A DNA stretch of 64,000 bases, taken from NCBI GenBank assembly GCA_022764275.1, contig JALERH010000030.1, positions 10,314 through 74,313 on the forward strand. Direction: 5' to 3'. A program made the position numbers and the translations under genes. Under the pieces are notes generated by a model, which saw nothing but the letters and a program-made list of their open reading frames with translations, did not search any database and was not told the origin of the DNA. This document shows positions 8,678 through 18,377 of the stretch, piece by piece. This DNA comes from Blautia sp. (GTDB taxonomy: Bacteria; Bacillota; Clostridia; Lachnospirales; Lachnospiraceae). How positions within the stretch are numbered: position 1 is the stretch's first letter; the number at the start of each line of letters is the position of its first letter.

Positions 8678-9661
8678 TTAATTCTTTCTTCTTCTGCTTC
8701 GTACGTCTGCAAATACAGCAAGGAGTACGATGATACCGGTAATAACATACTGGTAATCCTTCTGGAATCCCATTGCCAGGATACCTTCCTGCAAAAGAGA
8801 GATGATGAAAACACCGATGATACTTCCGCCGATGGATGCGATACCACCGGACATGGAGGTTCCTCCCATTACACAGCTTGCGATTGCTTCGTTGTTGAAG
8901 GTATCACCAAGACCCGGCTGAACGGTTGTGTAACATCCAACATAAGCGATTGCAGCAATACCTGCCAGAGTTCCGCAGAAAACATATGCCAGGCACTCCC
9001 ATTTTTTTACATCAACACCGGAAAGACGTACAGCTTCTTTGTTGCTTCCGAGACAAAGGATATAACGTCCTGCTTTGGTATTGTTCAGAATCATTGCACA
9101 GATAACAGCGACTACAAGAAGTAAAATCAGGCCTGTAGGAATGTCTACACCGCCGACTTTCATTTTCACCAGGTTACGGAACCATCCTGTCGGCTCACTT
9201 CCCTGCGGCCAGCTGATGGACTGTGTCTGGGTAAATACAGAACCGATACCTTTTGCAAGCATCATGGAAGCCATGGAAGAAATAAAAGACGGAAGTCCCA
9301 TATAAGCAACCAGAATACCATTCCAGATACCGAAGAGCATGCCCACCAGGATACATACCAACAATGCTACGATTACCGGAACTCCGTCTTTTACCAGAAG
9401 ACGTCCGCCGATCAGAGCTGCACAGAACATAACCGGTCCGATGGAGAAGTCAATACCGCCGGTTGCGATTACGAATGTAACGCCCAGTGCTAAAAATCCA
9501 AGGAAGTATGCATAGTTTAATGCACTCATGATATTGGCATATCCAAGAATTCTTCCACTTGCGATGGAGAAGATGATATACATCAAGATCATTACTCCTA
9601 CTAATACAATTCGGTTAAATCCAACTTTCTTCACGAATGGACTGTTTTTAAAATTTTCCAT
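8678..9661 (-). CDS. Sugar ABC transporter permease (RbsC family), copy 1
   Basis: Multi-TM; TGGIDFSIG, GRYILCLGSNKEAVRLSGV, AIASCVMGGTSMSGG. Confidence 0.93.
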   Translation of the reverse strand: MENFKNSPFVKKVGFNRIVLVGVMILMYIIFSIASGRILGYANIMSALNYAYFLGFLALGVTFVIATGGIDFSIGPVMFCAALIGGRLLVKDGVPVIVALLVCILVGMLFGIWNGILVAYMGLPSFISSMASMMLAKGIGSVFTQTQSISWPQGSEPTGWFRNLVKMKVGGVDIPTGLILLLVVAVICAMILNNTKAGRYILCLGSNKEAVRLSGVDVKKWECLAYVFCGTLAGIAAIAYVGCYTTVQPGLGDTFNNEAIASCVMGGTSMSGGIASIGGSIIGVFIISLLQEGILAMGFQKDYQYVITGIIVLLAVFADVRSRRRKN

Positions 9662-9672
9662 TTCTGTTCCTC

Positions 9673-11166
9673 CTAATTTCTAAGGGTTGCCGCATGCATG
9701 ATGTTCTCCTGGGTAGCCTCTGCGATGTCAATCTCGCCGGTCTTTTTGCCCTCACACATAACTACGATACGGTCACTCATTCTTAAAATTTCTGTCATCT
9801 CAGAGGAAATCATGATGATTGACTTTCCTTCTGCCACCAATTCATTCATCAGATGATAAATCTCACTCTTGGCACCTACATCGATACCTCTGGTCGGCTC
9901 ATCGAAAATCAGGATATCGCAGTTTCTGATAAGCCACTTGGCGATTACCACCTTCTGCTGATTACCTCCGGAAAGGTTTACCACAAGCTGATCCACATTC
10001 GGAGTTTTAGTCTTTAAGGATTCCACATACTGCTGAGCTACTTTTGCCTCTTTCTTCTTATTAATGAAGATTCCGCTCATGAATTCATCCAGATTAGCCA
10101 TAGTGGAATTCTCTGCCACACTCTTTCCTACTACGATTCCGAATCTCTTACGGTCCTCGGAAAGATATCCGATTCCACATTTTACTGCATCCATCGGGCT
10201 CTTGATATCTACTTTCTTACCGTTTACATAGATATCTCCGCTCTCCTTCGGGTCTGCACCAAAGAGTGCTCTGGCAGTCTCAGTTCTTCCGGCTCCCATC
10301 AGTCCTGAGAATCCGAGAATTTCGCCTTTGTGAAGCTCAAAGCTTACATCCTGCACCATCTTACCTGCCTTTAAGTGGTCTACCTTTAACACCACCGGTG
10401 CATCCGGCGCTACGTTGCTCTCTGTCTTCGGGTCCTCATAGATGACACGTCCAACCATCATGTTAATGATATCATCTTTTGTGGAATCCTTTGTGATCAG
10501 GGTTCCCACATATCCGCCATCACGCATAACCGTTACACGGTCTGTGATAACTTTGATCTCATCCATACGGTGCGATATGTAAACGATTCCAAGCTGCTTG
10601 TCACGGAGGTCTCTGATAATCTTGAACAGTTCCTCAATCTCTGCCTCTGTCAGTGCAGCGGAAGGCTCATCAAAAATGATAACCTTTGCTTCATGAGAAA
10701 TTGCTTTTGCAATCTCACACATCTGCTGCTTACCAACGGTCAGATTTCCCATCTTTTCCTTGGGATTGATGTCGATGTTCAACTGTCTGAACAGCTTGGC
10801 TGCTTCCTCATTCATCTTTGCGTCATTGATGAGCTTACCGTTCATCATCTCACGCCCGATGAAAATATTCTGCGCCACAGTCAGGTGGTTCATCATGTTC
10901 AGCTCCTGATGCACGATTACGATACCTGCTTCCTGGGCAGCACGGGGGCTTGCAAATTCTACTTCTTTTCCCTCATAGGTAATCGTACCGGAATCCTTGG
11001 TATAGATACCTGTCAGAACTTTCATCAGTGTAGATTTGCCTGCACCGTTCTCTCCCATCAGCGCATGGACTTCACCTTTCCTGATTTCAAGGTTTACATG
11101 GTCAAGAGCATGTACACCCGGAAAGGATTTATCAATGCCTTTCATGGTTAAGATAACTTCTCCCAC
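9673..11166 (-). CDS. Sugar ABC transporter ATP-binding protein (RbsA/MglA type), copy 1
   Basis: Same motifs as 7143-8636; GTG start at 11166 gives the same 497-aa length. Confidence 0.95.
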   Translation of the reverse strand: MGEVILTMKGIDKSFPGVHALDHVNLEIRKGEVHALMGENGAGKSTLMKVLTGIYTKDSGTITYEGKEVEFASPRAAQEAGIVIVHQELNMMNHLTVAQNIFIGREMMNGKLINDAKMNEEAAKLFRQLNIDINPKEKMGNLTVGKQQMCEIAKAISHEAKVIIFDEPSAALTEAEIEELFKIIRDLRDKQLGIVYISHRMDEIKVITDRVTVMRDGGYVGTLITKDSTKDDIINMMVGRVIYEDPKTESNVAPDAPVVLKVDHLKAGKMVQDVSFELHKGEILGFSGLMGAGRTETARALFGADPKESGDIYVNGKKVDIKSPMDAVKCGIGYLSEDRKRFGIVVGKSVAENSTMANLDEFMSGIFINKKKEAKVAQQYVESLKTKTPNVDQLVVNLSGGNQQKVVIAKWLIRNCDILIFDEPTRGIDVGAKSEIYHLMNELVAEGKSIIMISSEMTEILRMSDRIVVMCEGKKTGEIDIAEATQENIMHAATLRN

Positions 11167-11249
11167 TCTTCTCCCTCCATTCTTTTTCAATCTCAACTGT
11201 CAATATTATATGTCTTATCTGCACAAATTTTAATGGAATATTTTCTAAA

Positions 11250-11291
11250 AAAAGGTTAAAAATTTACTGTTGTGTAAAATTTTAACCTTTT
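11250..11291. terminator. 18-bp AT-rich inverted repeat between the sensor operon and the ABC operon (terminator or regulator site)
   Basis: AAAAGGTTAAAAATTTAC-TGTTGT-GTAAAATTTTAACCTTTT, one mismatch; U-tract follows on the minus strand. Confidence 0.5.
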
Positions 11292-11319
11292 CCTGTCAGT
11301 ACCAGACTTCCATATTCTG

Positions 11320-12324
11320 TTATTCTTCGCTGTCTTTTTGCTTTAAGTTATTAAAAGGAAACAGCAGTTTTTCAATTTCACTGTCATACATATTTTCAGG
11401 AGTCACCAGTTCGCATCCGGAATCCTGATTCTTTTTTACATTTTCGCCTTCCAGGAGATGAATGGTCTCTTCCACTCCCATATATCCCATTCGGAAAGCC
11501 TTCTGAACCACAAGCGCCTGAAAAATCCCCTGCTCCATCAGCTCCACGGCTTCCTGGGAGCTGTCCACTCCCACCACCCGGATTCTGTCCTGTGCCCTGG
11601 CATCCCGTACGGCTCTGGCAGCCCCTACAGAGGAATACTCATTCATCCCGGCAATCATTTCCAGATCCGGGTATTTTTCCATAAGCTCATTTGTCAGCTC
11701 ATATGCCTTGTCATAGAATGAATCGCAGTATACAACTTCTTCAATATTGTCTGCCAGTTCGCCAAGGCCTTCCCGAAATCCCGCCTCACGCTCCACAGCA
11801 GTGGAAACGCCTTTTACATGGCTTACAATGGCAATTCGGGAATCTTCATCCAGAAGTCTTTTCGCAAACTCTCCCAGCCGCCTGCCAACTTCCATGTTAT
11901 CCGTGGCCACCGTCAGATCCTGGATTTCTTCTTCTGTATAAGAGTCAATAAAAGTAATATGAGTTCCCTGTTCCTTTGCTTCCTTCAACAGTTCATCCGA
12001 TTCCGTAAAGCTGGAAGGAGAAAACAGAATCGCATCCGGCTTCTTTTTGATGGCAGCTCTGAGCAGTTCATTCTGCTGCTTCACATCCTGCTCCGCCTCA
12101 GGTCCTGTTACCAGAAAATCTGCCCCATATTCTTTTGCCGCCATTCTGGCTCCGGATATAAGGGAAGTCCAGAAATCGTTTGTTCCATCCTCGGTCTTCG
12201 GAATGTAGATCAGTGACAGGGGTCTGCTCTTCTTCTGCTGGTGCTGCGCATACCCGATCAGCAGCGTCCCGACTGACAAAAACAGGAATACTGCCACGGA
12301 AACCCATTTCTTATACTTATTCAT
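11320..12324 (-). CDS. Membrane-anchored sugar-binding sensor protein (accessory to the histidine kinase)
   Basis: N-terminal TM then RbsB-like fold (DFWTSLISGA, VATDNMEVG, VVGVDSS, LVVQKAFRMGY); overlaps the kinase stop. Confidence 0.85.
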   Translation of the reverse strand: MNKYKKWVSVAVFLFLSVGTLLIGYAQHQQKKSRPLSLIYIPKTEDGTNDFWTSLISGARMAAKEYGADFLVTGPEAEQDVKQQNELLRAAIKKKPDAILFSPSSFTESDELLKEAKEQGTHITFIDSYTEEEIQDLTVATDNMEVGRRLGEFAKRLLDEDSRIAIVSHVKGVSTAVEREAGFREGLGELADNIEEVVYCDSFYDKAYELTNELMEKYPDLEMIAGMNEYSSVGAARAVRDARAQDRIRVVGVDSSQEAVELMEQGIFQALVVQKAFRMGYMGVEETIHLLEGENVKKNQDSGCELVTPENMYDSEIEKLLFPFNNLKQKDSEE

Positions 12325-14116
12325 GGCTCACCTCCTGTTTCATAGGAATCGTAATGGCAGCAGCGGTTCCTCTGCCCGGTTCACTTTTATAGGCCATTCC
12401 ATAATCGTTTCCATAATAAAGCTTCAGACGTTTCTGTACATTGTAAACGCCCACACCATTGGAATGGTAATCTACCTTATGCCTTTCAAAAATATGGGAA
12501 AGGGTTGTCGAATCCATTCCCACACCGTTGTCAAGGATTTCGATCACTGCATTTCCATCCTTTTCATACCCGCGTACAATGAGCAGTCCTTTGCTCTCCT
12601 TATATTTCAGGCCATGATAGATTGCATTTTCTATAATCGGCTGGAGTACCAGTTTAATGATCTGAACACTCTGAATCTCCGGCTCCACTTCAATGCAAAA
12701 TTCCAGCTTGTCCTTATACCGCATCTTCTGAATGGTCAGATAGCTTCTCGCGTACTCGATCTCCTGCCCCACGGAAACCAGCTCATCTTCATTGCTGATA
12801 CTCTGCCGCAAAAGTCTTGCGAGAGATGCCGTCATAAGCACAACTTCCTCATTCTTTTTCCCCTCTGCCATCCAGATAATGGAATCCAGGGTATTATAGA
12901 GAAAATGAGGATTGATCTGAGACTGCAGTGCCTTCATCTCACTCTTTCTTTTTTCCTCCTGCTCATGAACATTCTGCTCCATCAGCTCCTGAATGCGGTA
13001 CGTCATGAGGTTGAAGGTTTTTGTCAGGCTTCCGATTTCGTTTTCAGTGGAAACCTCCACATCCGCCTGGGAAAAATCTCCTTCCTGCACCTTTGCCATG
13101 GAATCCCGCAGACGCTGGATCGGCATGGTAATATTTCTCGCGATCATGTTAGACAAAAGCAATGCCACACAAACCAGTGCAATGGCCATGATCACATAAA
13201 TACTCTGTGCTTTCCTGCTGCCCTTGGTAAGCTCTGCCATGTTCATACAGCCCACAACCGTCCATCCCGTTTTTTCAGATCGGGACAGTGTGTAAATTTT
13301 GGCACTGTTTCCGCTTCCCATGGTCACGGTATCTGTCTGCGCATTCATGACAAGCTCAATGTTTTCTGTCTGCAGTTCATTATACAGCTGCTGCTGCTGA
13401 GGATGGTAGACAATATTCCCCTCGCCGTCCACAATAAATACATATCCCTTGTTTCCAATGGAGTTCTGGTCACAAAGCTCACTGATGGCGCTGTAATTCA
13501 AGTCGATAAAAACGACTCCCTCCTTGCCGCCGCTTCCGGTAAAATTACGGATTCCCCGACTCAGGGTGATCACCCAGGGTCTTTCCCCTTTTATTGCATG
13601 CTGCACGTGAGAAGAGGTAAGAACGGATTTGCTGCTGTTTACGGCTTCCTCGTACCAGTTCTGCTCTGCCACATTCAGATACGGATTCACATACTGCAGC
13701 CCGCTGTTAAAAAGCCCCTTTCCATCATTGCGTATAATTCCGATATTTTTAATATCATCACGGCTTTTTAAAATCGTGGTGAACTGCTCGATCAGACGTT
13801 TCTTATGTCCCATCTCATCCCGTGCATCACCATCCTCCTGATAAAGATACGACTGAGCGTCCTCACTCCCTGAAATCATAGTGGCAATGTTATCCATATA
13901 TGTAATATAAGAATCGATACTCTGATTCATCTGCCGGATAATAGTCTGCGTGTACACCACAGCATTGTCATAAATAGAGGATCTCGTAAAACGAAGGGAT
14001 ACAAAGGTTACAATCAGCACAGCACACAGCACCAGCAAAGATACCGCAGCAAAAATAGCACTCCGAATACTTTTGAAACGCCTCAGCATAGTACCGGTTC
14101 TTTTTTCATATTTCAT
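12317..14116 (-). CDS. Sensor histidine kinase (YesM/LytS-like)
   Basis: Two TMs, Cache-like region, HAMP, LQSQINPHFLYNTL, LQPIIENAIYHG, DNGVG, GVGVYNV. Confidence 0.95.
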   Translation of the reverse strand: MKYEKRTGTMLRRFKSIRSAIFAAVSLLVLCAVLIVTFVSLRFTRSSIYDNAVVYTQTIIRQMNQSIDSYITYMDNIATMISGSEDAQSYLYQEDGDARDEMGHKKRLIEQFTTILKSRDDIKNIGIIRNDGKGLFNSGLQYVNPYLNVAEQNWYEEAVNSSKSVLTSSHVQHAIKGERPWVITLSRGIRNFTGSGGKEGVVFIDLNYSAISELCDQNSIGNKGYVFIVDGEGNIVYHPQQQQLYNELQTENIELVMNAQTDTVTMGSGNSAKIYTLSRSEKTGWTVVGCMNMAELTKGSRKAQSIYVIMAIALVCVALLLSNMIARNITMPIQRLRDSMAKVQEGDFSQADVEVSTENEIGSLTKTFNLMTYRIQELMEQNVHEQEEKRKSEMKALQSQINPHFLYNTLDSIIWMAEGKKNEEVVLMTASLARLLRQSISNEDELVSVGQEIEYARSYLTIQKMRYKDKLEFCIEVEPEIQSVQIIKLVLQPIIENAIYHGLKYKESKGLLIVRGYEKDGNAVIEILDNGVGMDSTTLSHIFERHKVDYHSNGVGVYNVQKRLKLYYGNDYGMAYKSEPGRGTAAAITIPMKQEVSHE

Positions 14117-15732
14117 TTACGCTTCTCCCTGGCATATTCAGTAGGTGTCTTTCCTGTCATTTTCTTAAAGGAAATGCCGAAATAATGCGGGTCCGAAAAG
14201 CCCACTTTTTCCGCAATCTCATAATTTTTCAGAGTCGTATTTCCCAGGAGCTCTTTTGCCTTTTCCATCCTTGTACGGACAAGGGCCTCGATAAAGGTTT
14301 CCCCCGTCACCTCCTTGAAAATCGTGCTGAAATAACTGGTGCTGATATTTAAATAAGAACAGATACTGTTCAGGCTCACGTCCGGATTCATATAATTTTT
14401 CTGAATATAATCAAGCGCCATCGCAGCCTGACGCTGCCCGCTGGAGCTGTTCAGCTGGGACAGCTCGTCAAAAACCTCCTGCACATATTCTTTTACCAGG
14501 CCAATGGCCAGCTGGAAAGTTTTCTGGTCCGTAACCTGGCGGATCAGTTCCTCTCTTTTCGCCACATCTCCCTCTTCGTCCTGAGAAACCGCATCCTGGC
14601 AGTTTCCTGCTGCACGGATGATCCGCTGAAGGCAGACACAGGCCTGACTTTTTTCTACCATGGCATCCTTAATGTCCTGCTCCATCCTGGCAATTGCGAG
14701 ATCCACGCCTTCCCGGTTTCCGGTTTTCAGCGCATTTGTCAGATTGTTCAAGGAACTCTGGAGGGAAATCCTGCAGTCCGTGTCTTTTTCTTCCATATCA
14801 ATAAGAAGATTCCCGCCCAGAAGGTAACGATATCCGATGGCCTTTTCCGCAAGATTATGGGAAAGCAGCAGATCCTGAGGCGTTTTCACCCAGCTTCCGA
14901 TACCGGCCGAAACCTCTATTCCAATTACGTCCCGGACTTCCTGCTGGATTTCCCTGCAGATCTTCCTGATTTTCCCGGAAAATTCTCTGGAATGATTTCC
15001 CATAAAAAGAATACACACACGATTATTTCCTTCCTGATACGCAATCCCCGCATTTTCTCTGGTCACGATCTCATCAGAAACATTAAAGAGAACGAATGCC
15101 ATGAGTGCACTTTCCTGCCGTTTTTCGACATCCACCTGATAAATATCAGAGTAAAGATCCATGTCAAAAACTGCAACACGATAGGAAGAGGCATCCAGAA
15201 TGATTCCCATATCTGCCAGCTCATTCAGGCTCTCCTGAACATCCCGTGTGCAGCTCACCAGGGCTTCGATTGCCTTGGAACGGATTACCTGGGCATTCTT
15301 GTGATAATCCTGCGAGGTTCTGGTAAGGTTTTCCAGCTTTTTCTTTTCCTTGCGGCGCTGATCCACCTTTTCTTTCATTTTCTCAATGACCCCTCTCAGT
15401 TCCATGGCAGTGATGGGTTTGAGCATATATTCGCTTACATTATACTGGATAGCTTTTTTGGCATATTCAAACTCTCCGAAACCGCTGAAGATGACAATTA
15501 CAATATCCGGATAATTGTCATGAAGAAAATGACTCAGCTCCATCCCATCCATATAAGGCATGCAAATATCGGTGAGCACAATATCTACCTGATGATTTTT
15601 CACGAATTCCGCTGCCTGCTGGCCATTTTCACAATCTCCTACCAGCTCACAGTCCATTCCCTTCCAGTCTATATTCTCCCTTATAGCGTCACGTACCAGG
15701 ATTTCATCGTCTACCAGTAAAATATGATACAT
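14113..15732 (-). CDS. Response regulator with AraC output domain (YesN-like)
   Basis: LLVDDE, LTDICMPYMDG, YMLKP, C-terminal AraC HTH (IAEKVGFSDPHYF...FKK). Confidence 0.95.
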   Translation of the reverse strand: MYHILLVDDEILVRDAIRENIDWKGMDCELVGDCENGQQAAEFVKNHQVDIVLTDICMPYMDGMELSHFLHDNYPDIVIVIFSGFGEFEYAKKAIQYNVSEYMLKPITAMELRGVIEKMKEKVDQRRKEKKKLENLTRTSQDYHKNAQVIRSKAIEALVSCTRDVQESLNELADMGIILDASSYRVAVFDMDLYSDIYQVDVEKRQESALMAFVLFNVSDEIVTRENAGIAYQEGNNRVCILFMGNHSREFSGKIRKICREIQQEVRDVIGIEVSAGIGSWVKTPQDLLLSHNLAEKAIGYRYLLGGNLLIDMEEKDTDCRISLQSSLNNLTNALKTGNREGVDLAIARMEQDIKDAMVEKSQACVCLQRIIRAAGNCQDAVSQDEEGDVAKREELIRQVTDQKTFQLAIGLVKEYVQEVFDELSQLNSSSGQRQAAMALDYIQKNYMNPDVSLNSICSYLNISTSYFSTIFKEVTGETFIEALVRTRMEKAKELLGNTTLKNYEIAEKVGFSDPHYFGISFKKMTGKTPTEYAREKRK

Positions 15733-15903
15733 AAACTGCAGTCTCCTCTTTTTTCAAACTTCTGTGCTCCTATTATACCCTATACCAAATAGAAGCACAA
15801 TCCAAATTCGCGGTTACTTTTTCAATAGGCAAATTCCATGTTGTATCTGAAAGCGGTGCGGTGCTATAATGAGGAAAAGTTGATTCGAAAGGGGAAATTT
15901 TTT

Positions 15904-16296
15904 ATGAAGATCAGTGATTACGCAACCGGACTCCAGCACCTCGGCATTCCCACAAAAGATATGGCAGAAACGCTTCTTTTTTATTCCGAACTGGGCTTTG
16001 AAATTGCCCACGCCACAAAAAACGAGGCTACCGGACAGGCTGTGAACTTTCTGAAACTTGGTAATCTTGTTATCGAAGCCTACGAGAGCGATGACGCTGC
16101 CATGTGCTGCGGCGGTATTGAGCATGTTGCCATTGACGTGACAGACATCGAAGCGGTATATGACATCATCTGCAAACGCGATCTGAATACCCTCAATGAC
16201 GAGATTCACTTCCTGCCTTTCTGGGAAAACGGTGTGAAATTCTTTACCATCGAAGGACCAAACAAAGAAAAGGTGGAATTCAGTCAGTATCTGTAA
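15904..16296 (+). CDS. VOC/glyoxalase family protein
   Basis: LQHLGIPTKD...VIEAYE...IEHVAIDVTD...GPNKEKVEF (H/E/H/E metal ligands). Confidence 0.85.
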   Translation: MKISDYATGLQHLGIPTKDMAETLLFYSELGFEIAHATKNEATGQAVNFLKLGNLVIEAYESDDAAMCCGGIEHVAIDVTDIEAVYDIICKRDLNTLNDEIHFLPFWENGVKFFTIEGPNKEKVEFSQYL

Positions 16297-16302
16297 AGGT
16301 CA

Positions 16303-16352
16303 AAAAGGCTGCTGCCTGATGATTTTTGAATCAACCGGGCACCAGCCTTTTT
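16303..16352. terminator. Terminator between convergent VOC and AKR genes
   Basis: AAAAGGCTG...CAGCCTTTTTT imperfect stem with A/T tracts on both sides. Confidence 0.55.
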
Positions 16353-16394
16353 CATTATTTAAATTTTTATGGAGATATCTTATTACATAAAACC

Positions 16395-17405
16395 CTATTT
16401 TACGATCACGCCATCTTCATCCCACAGGTCATGCCAGTCTTTTGCACCTTCCCACAGAAATACATGTCCTTTGATCAGACGATTGTTCTTATCCAGAGAT
16501 TTGATGGTTTCCATTTCCTCCTCTGTCAGCGGGTCCTCTGTAACACATTTCAGATTCATCGTGTAGTTTTTCTCCTTGAGCGAGAATGGGATAGGAGATT
16601 CTCCTCTCTGAACAGCCCATTTGATGCAGATAACAGCCGGATGTACTCCATGAGCCTCTGCGATTTTTTTCAGCTCCGGAAGCTCAATGTCTGCGATATC
16701 CTCCGGCATCTTGTCACGCTCCGGTCTCTCCGGGGAACCAATCGGGCAGAATCCCACAACTTCGATTCCATGAGCTCTGCAGTAGTCAAAAAGCTCAGGC
16801 TGCTGGAAGCAGGGATGCAGTTCCATCTCGATTGCTGCCGGTTTGATTCTGCAGAGGGGAAGCACAGCCTCCAGCTTCGGGATGGTCATATTGGACATTC
16901 CGATATGTTTCGTAAGGCCCATGTCTACCAGTCTCTCCATCTGTCTCCAGGTCTTCATAAAACGCTCCACGGTAAACGGCTTGGAATCCGGATTTCTGGC
17001 ATCCACATCACAATGAGGTGCATGATAGTTTGGAAATGGCCAGTGTACATAATACATATCCAGATAATCAAGCTTTAAGTCTTTCAGTGTTTTTGCGCAG
17101 GCAAGCAGAACATCTCCGTCCCCGTGCATATCGTTCCATACCTTGGAAGCAATAAACAGTTCTTCTCTTTTTACAATGCCTTCTGCAAAAGCGTCCGCAA
17201 ATACCTTTCCGATCATATCCTCGTTGCCGTAGCAGGCAGCACAGTCAAATGAACGGTATCCCACACGAATCGCACCTGCCACGGATGCAGCTACCGCATC
17301 CGGGTCTGCATGGTCACTTCCAAAAGTTCCCATACCAACAGCCGGCATTTTCGCCCCTGTATAAAGGGTTCTCTGTGGAACTGTACTCGGATCAATAAAT
17401 GTCAT
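16395..17405 (-). CDS. Aldo/keto reductase (aldose-reductase-like)
   Basis: MPAVGMGT, catalytic tetrad in FDCAACYGNE, IASKVWN, YYVHWP; IGMSN, EMELHP. Confidence 0.92.
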   Translation of the reverse strand: MTFIDPSTVPQRTLYTGAKMPAVGMGTFGSDHADPDAVAASVAGAIRVGYRSFDCAACYGNEDMIGKVFADAFAEGIVKREELFIASKVWNDMHGDGDVLLACAKTLKDLKLDYLDMYYVHWPFPNYHAPHCDVDARNPDSKPFTVERFMKTWRQMERLVDMGLTKHIGMSNMTIPKLEAVLPLCRIKPAAIEMELHPCFQQPELFDYCRAHGIEVVGFCPIGSPERPERDKMPEDIADIELPELKKIAEAHGVHPAVICIKWAVQRGESPIPFSLKEKNYTMNLKCVTEDPLTEEEMETIKSLDKNNRLIKGHVFLWEGAKDWHDLWDEDGVIVK

Positions 17406-17431
17406 AACAAAGCCCTCCTTTTACATTCCTG

Positions 17432-18364
17432 TTATCTTATCTTTTTTATATTTATTTTTGGAAGAAGCTCTTCCATATCTTCTTTCACAAAAAATCCGGT
17501 TTCCAGCCTCATGGCATTGGCAGCGGAAATAGCGCTGGCCAGCCGGATGGTCTCCTCCATGGAAAGCCCTCTGGACATTCCCACTGCAAAGCCTGCGATC
17601 ATGGAGTCTCCGCAGCCCACGGTATTCACCGCCTCAATTTTCGGCACCTTCACATCGTAAACACCCTCCTGGCAGGAGACAAGAGAACCTTCTCCTCCAA
17701 GGGAGATCACTACGATCTCAATACCATCATCGTGAAGATCTCTCGCCGCGCGCAGAAGTGCTTCCCGGCTGTTCATGGGCCTTCCTGTCAGGGCACGGAT
17801 TTCGTCAATGTTTGGTTTTATCATGGTCGGACGCTCCAACAGGCATTCTTCCAGAAGCTTTCCGCTGGTATCCAGAAGCACTGGTTTTTTTTCTTCTCTG
17901 GCTGCACGGATCATACTCTTATAAAGAGCAGCCCCGGCACCCTGAGGAGTACTGCCGGAAATGGTCACCACTCTGCATTCCGGCAAAATGGAGGTGAACT
18001 TTTTCAGAAGCCTGCTGCAGTCTTCCTCTGTCACCGAAAAACCCGGTTCCAGAAACTCTGTCTGCTGATGATTTACCTCATCCCAGATGTTGATACATGT
18101 ACGGCTTTCCCCTTCGCACCATACGAATTCACTTCGGATGCCTCTGGCCTCTACACGTTCCGAAATAAACTTTCCGGAATGTCCGCCCAGAAAACCAGTG
18201 GCTGTCATTTTTTCCCCGGCAATGGATGCCACACGCGCCACATTGATCCCCTTTCCGCCGGCGTTAGCCGCACAGGATTTTACACGGTTTACATTGCCAA
18301 CGCCAAACCGCTCCACCACATATCGCTTGTCAATAGCGGCATTGGCAGTTACTGTTAAGATCAT
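17432..18364 (-). CDS. PfkB-family hexose-phosphate kinase (1-phosphofructokinase/tagatose-6-phosphate kinase type)
   Basis: MILTVTANAAID, AGGKGINVARV, IKPNIDE, ISLGGEG, NTVGCGDSMIAG. Confidence 0.9.
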   Translation of the reverse strand: MILTVTANAAIDKRYVVERFGVGNVNRVKSCAANAGGKGINVARVASIAGEKMTATGFLGGHSGKFISERVEARGIRSEFVWCEGESRTCINIWDEVNHQQTEFLEPGFSVTEEDCSRLLKKFTSILPECRVVTISGSTPQGAGAALYKSMIRAAREEKKPVLLDTSGKLLEECLLERPTMIKPNIDEIRALTGRPMNSREALLRAARDLHDDGIEIVVISLGGEGSLVSCQEGVYDVKVPKIEAVNTVGCGDSMIAGFAVGMSRGLSMEETIRLASAISAANAMRLETGFFVKEDMEELLPKINIKKIR

Positions 18365-18377
18365 ATTTCCTGCTCCC

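Noticed and set aside
12323-13771. 482-aa plus-strand ORF
   Set aside because: Exact antisense shadow of the histidine kinase; no RBS or domain features.
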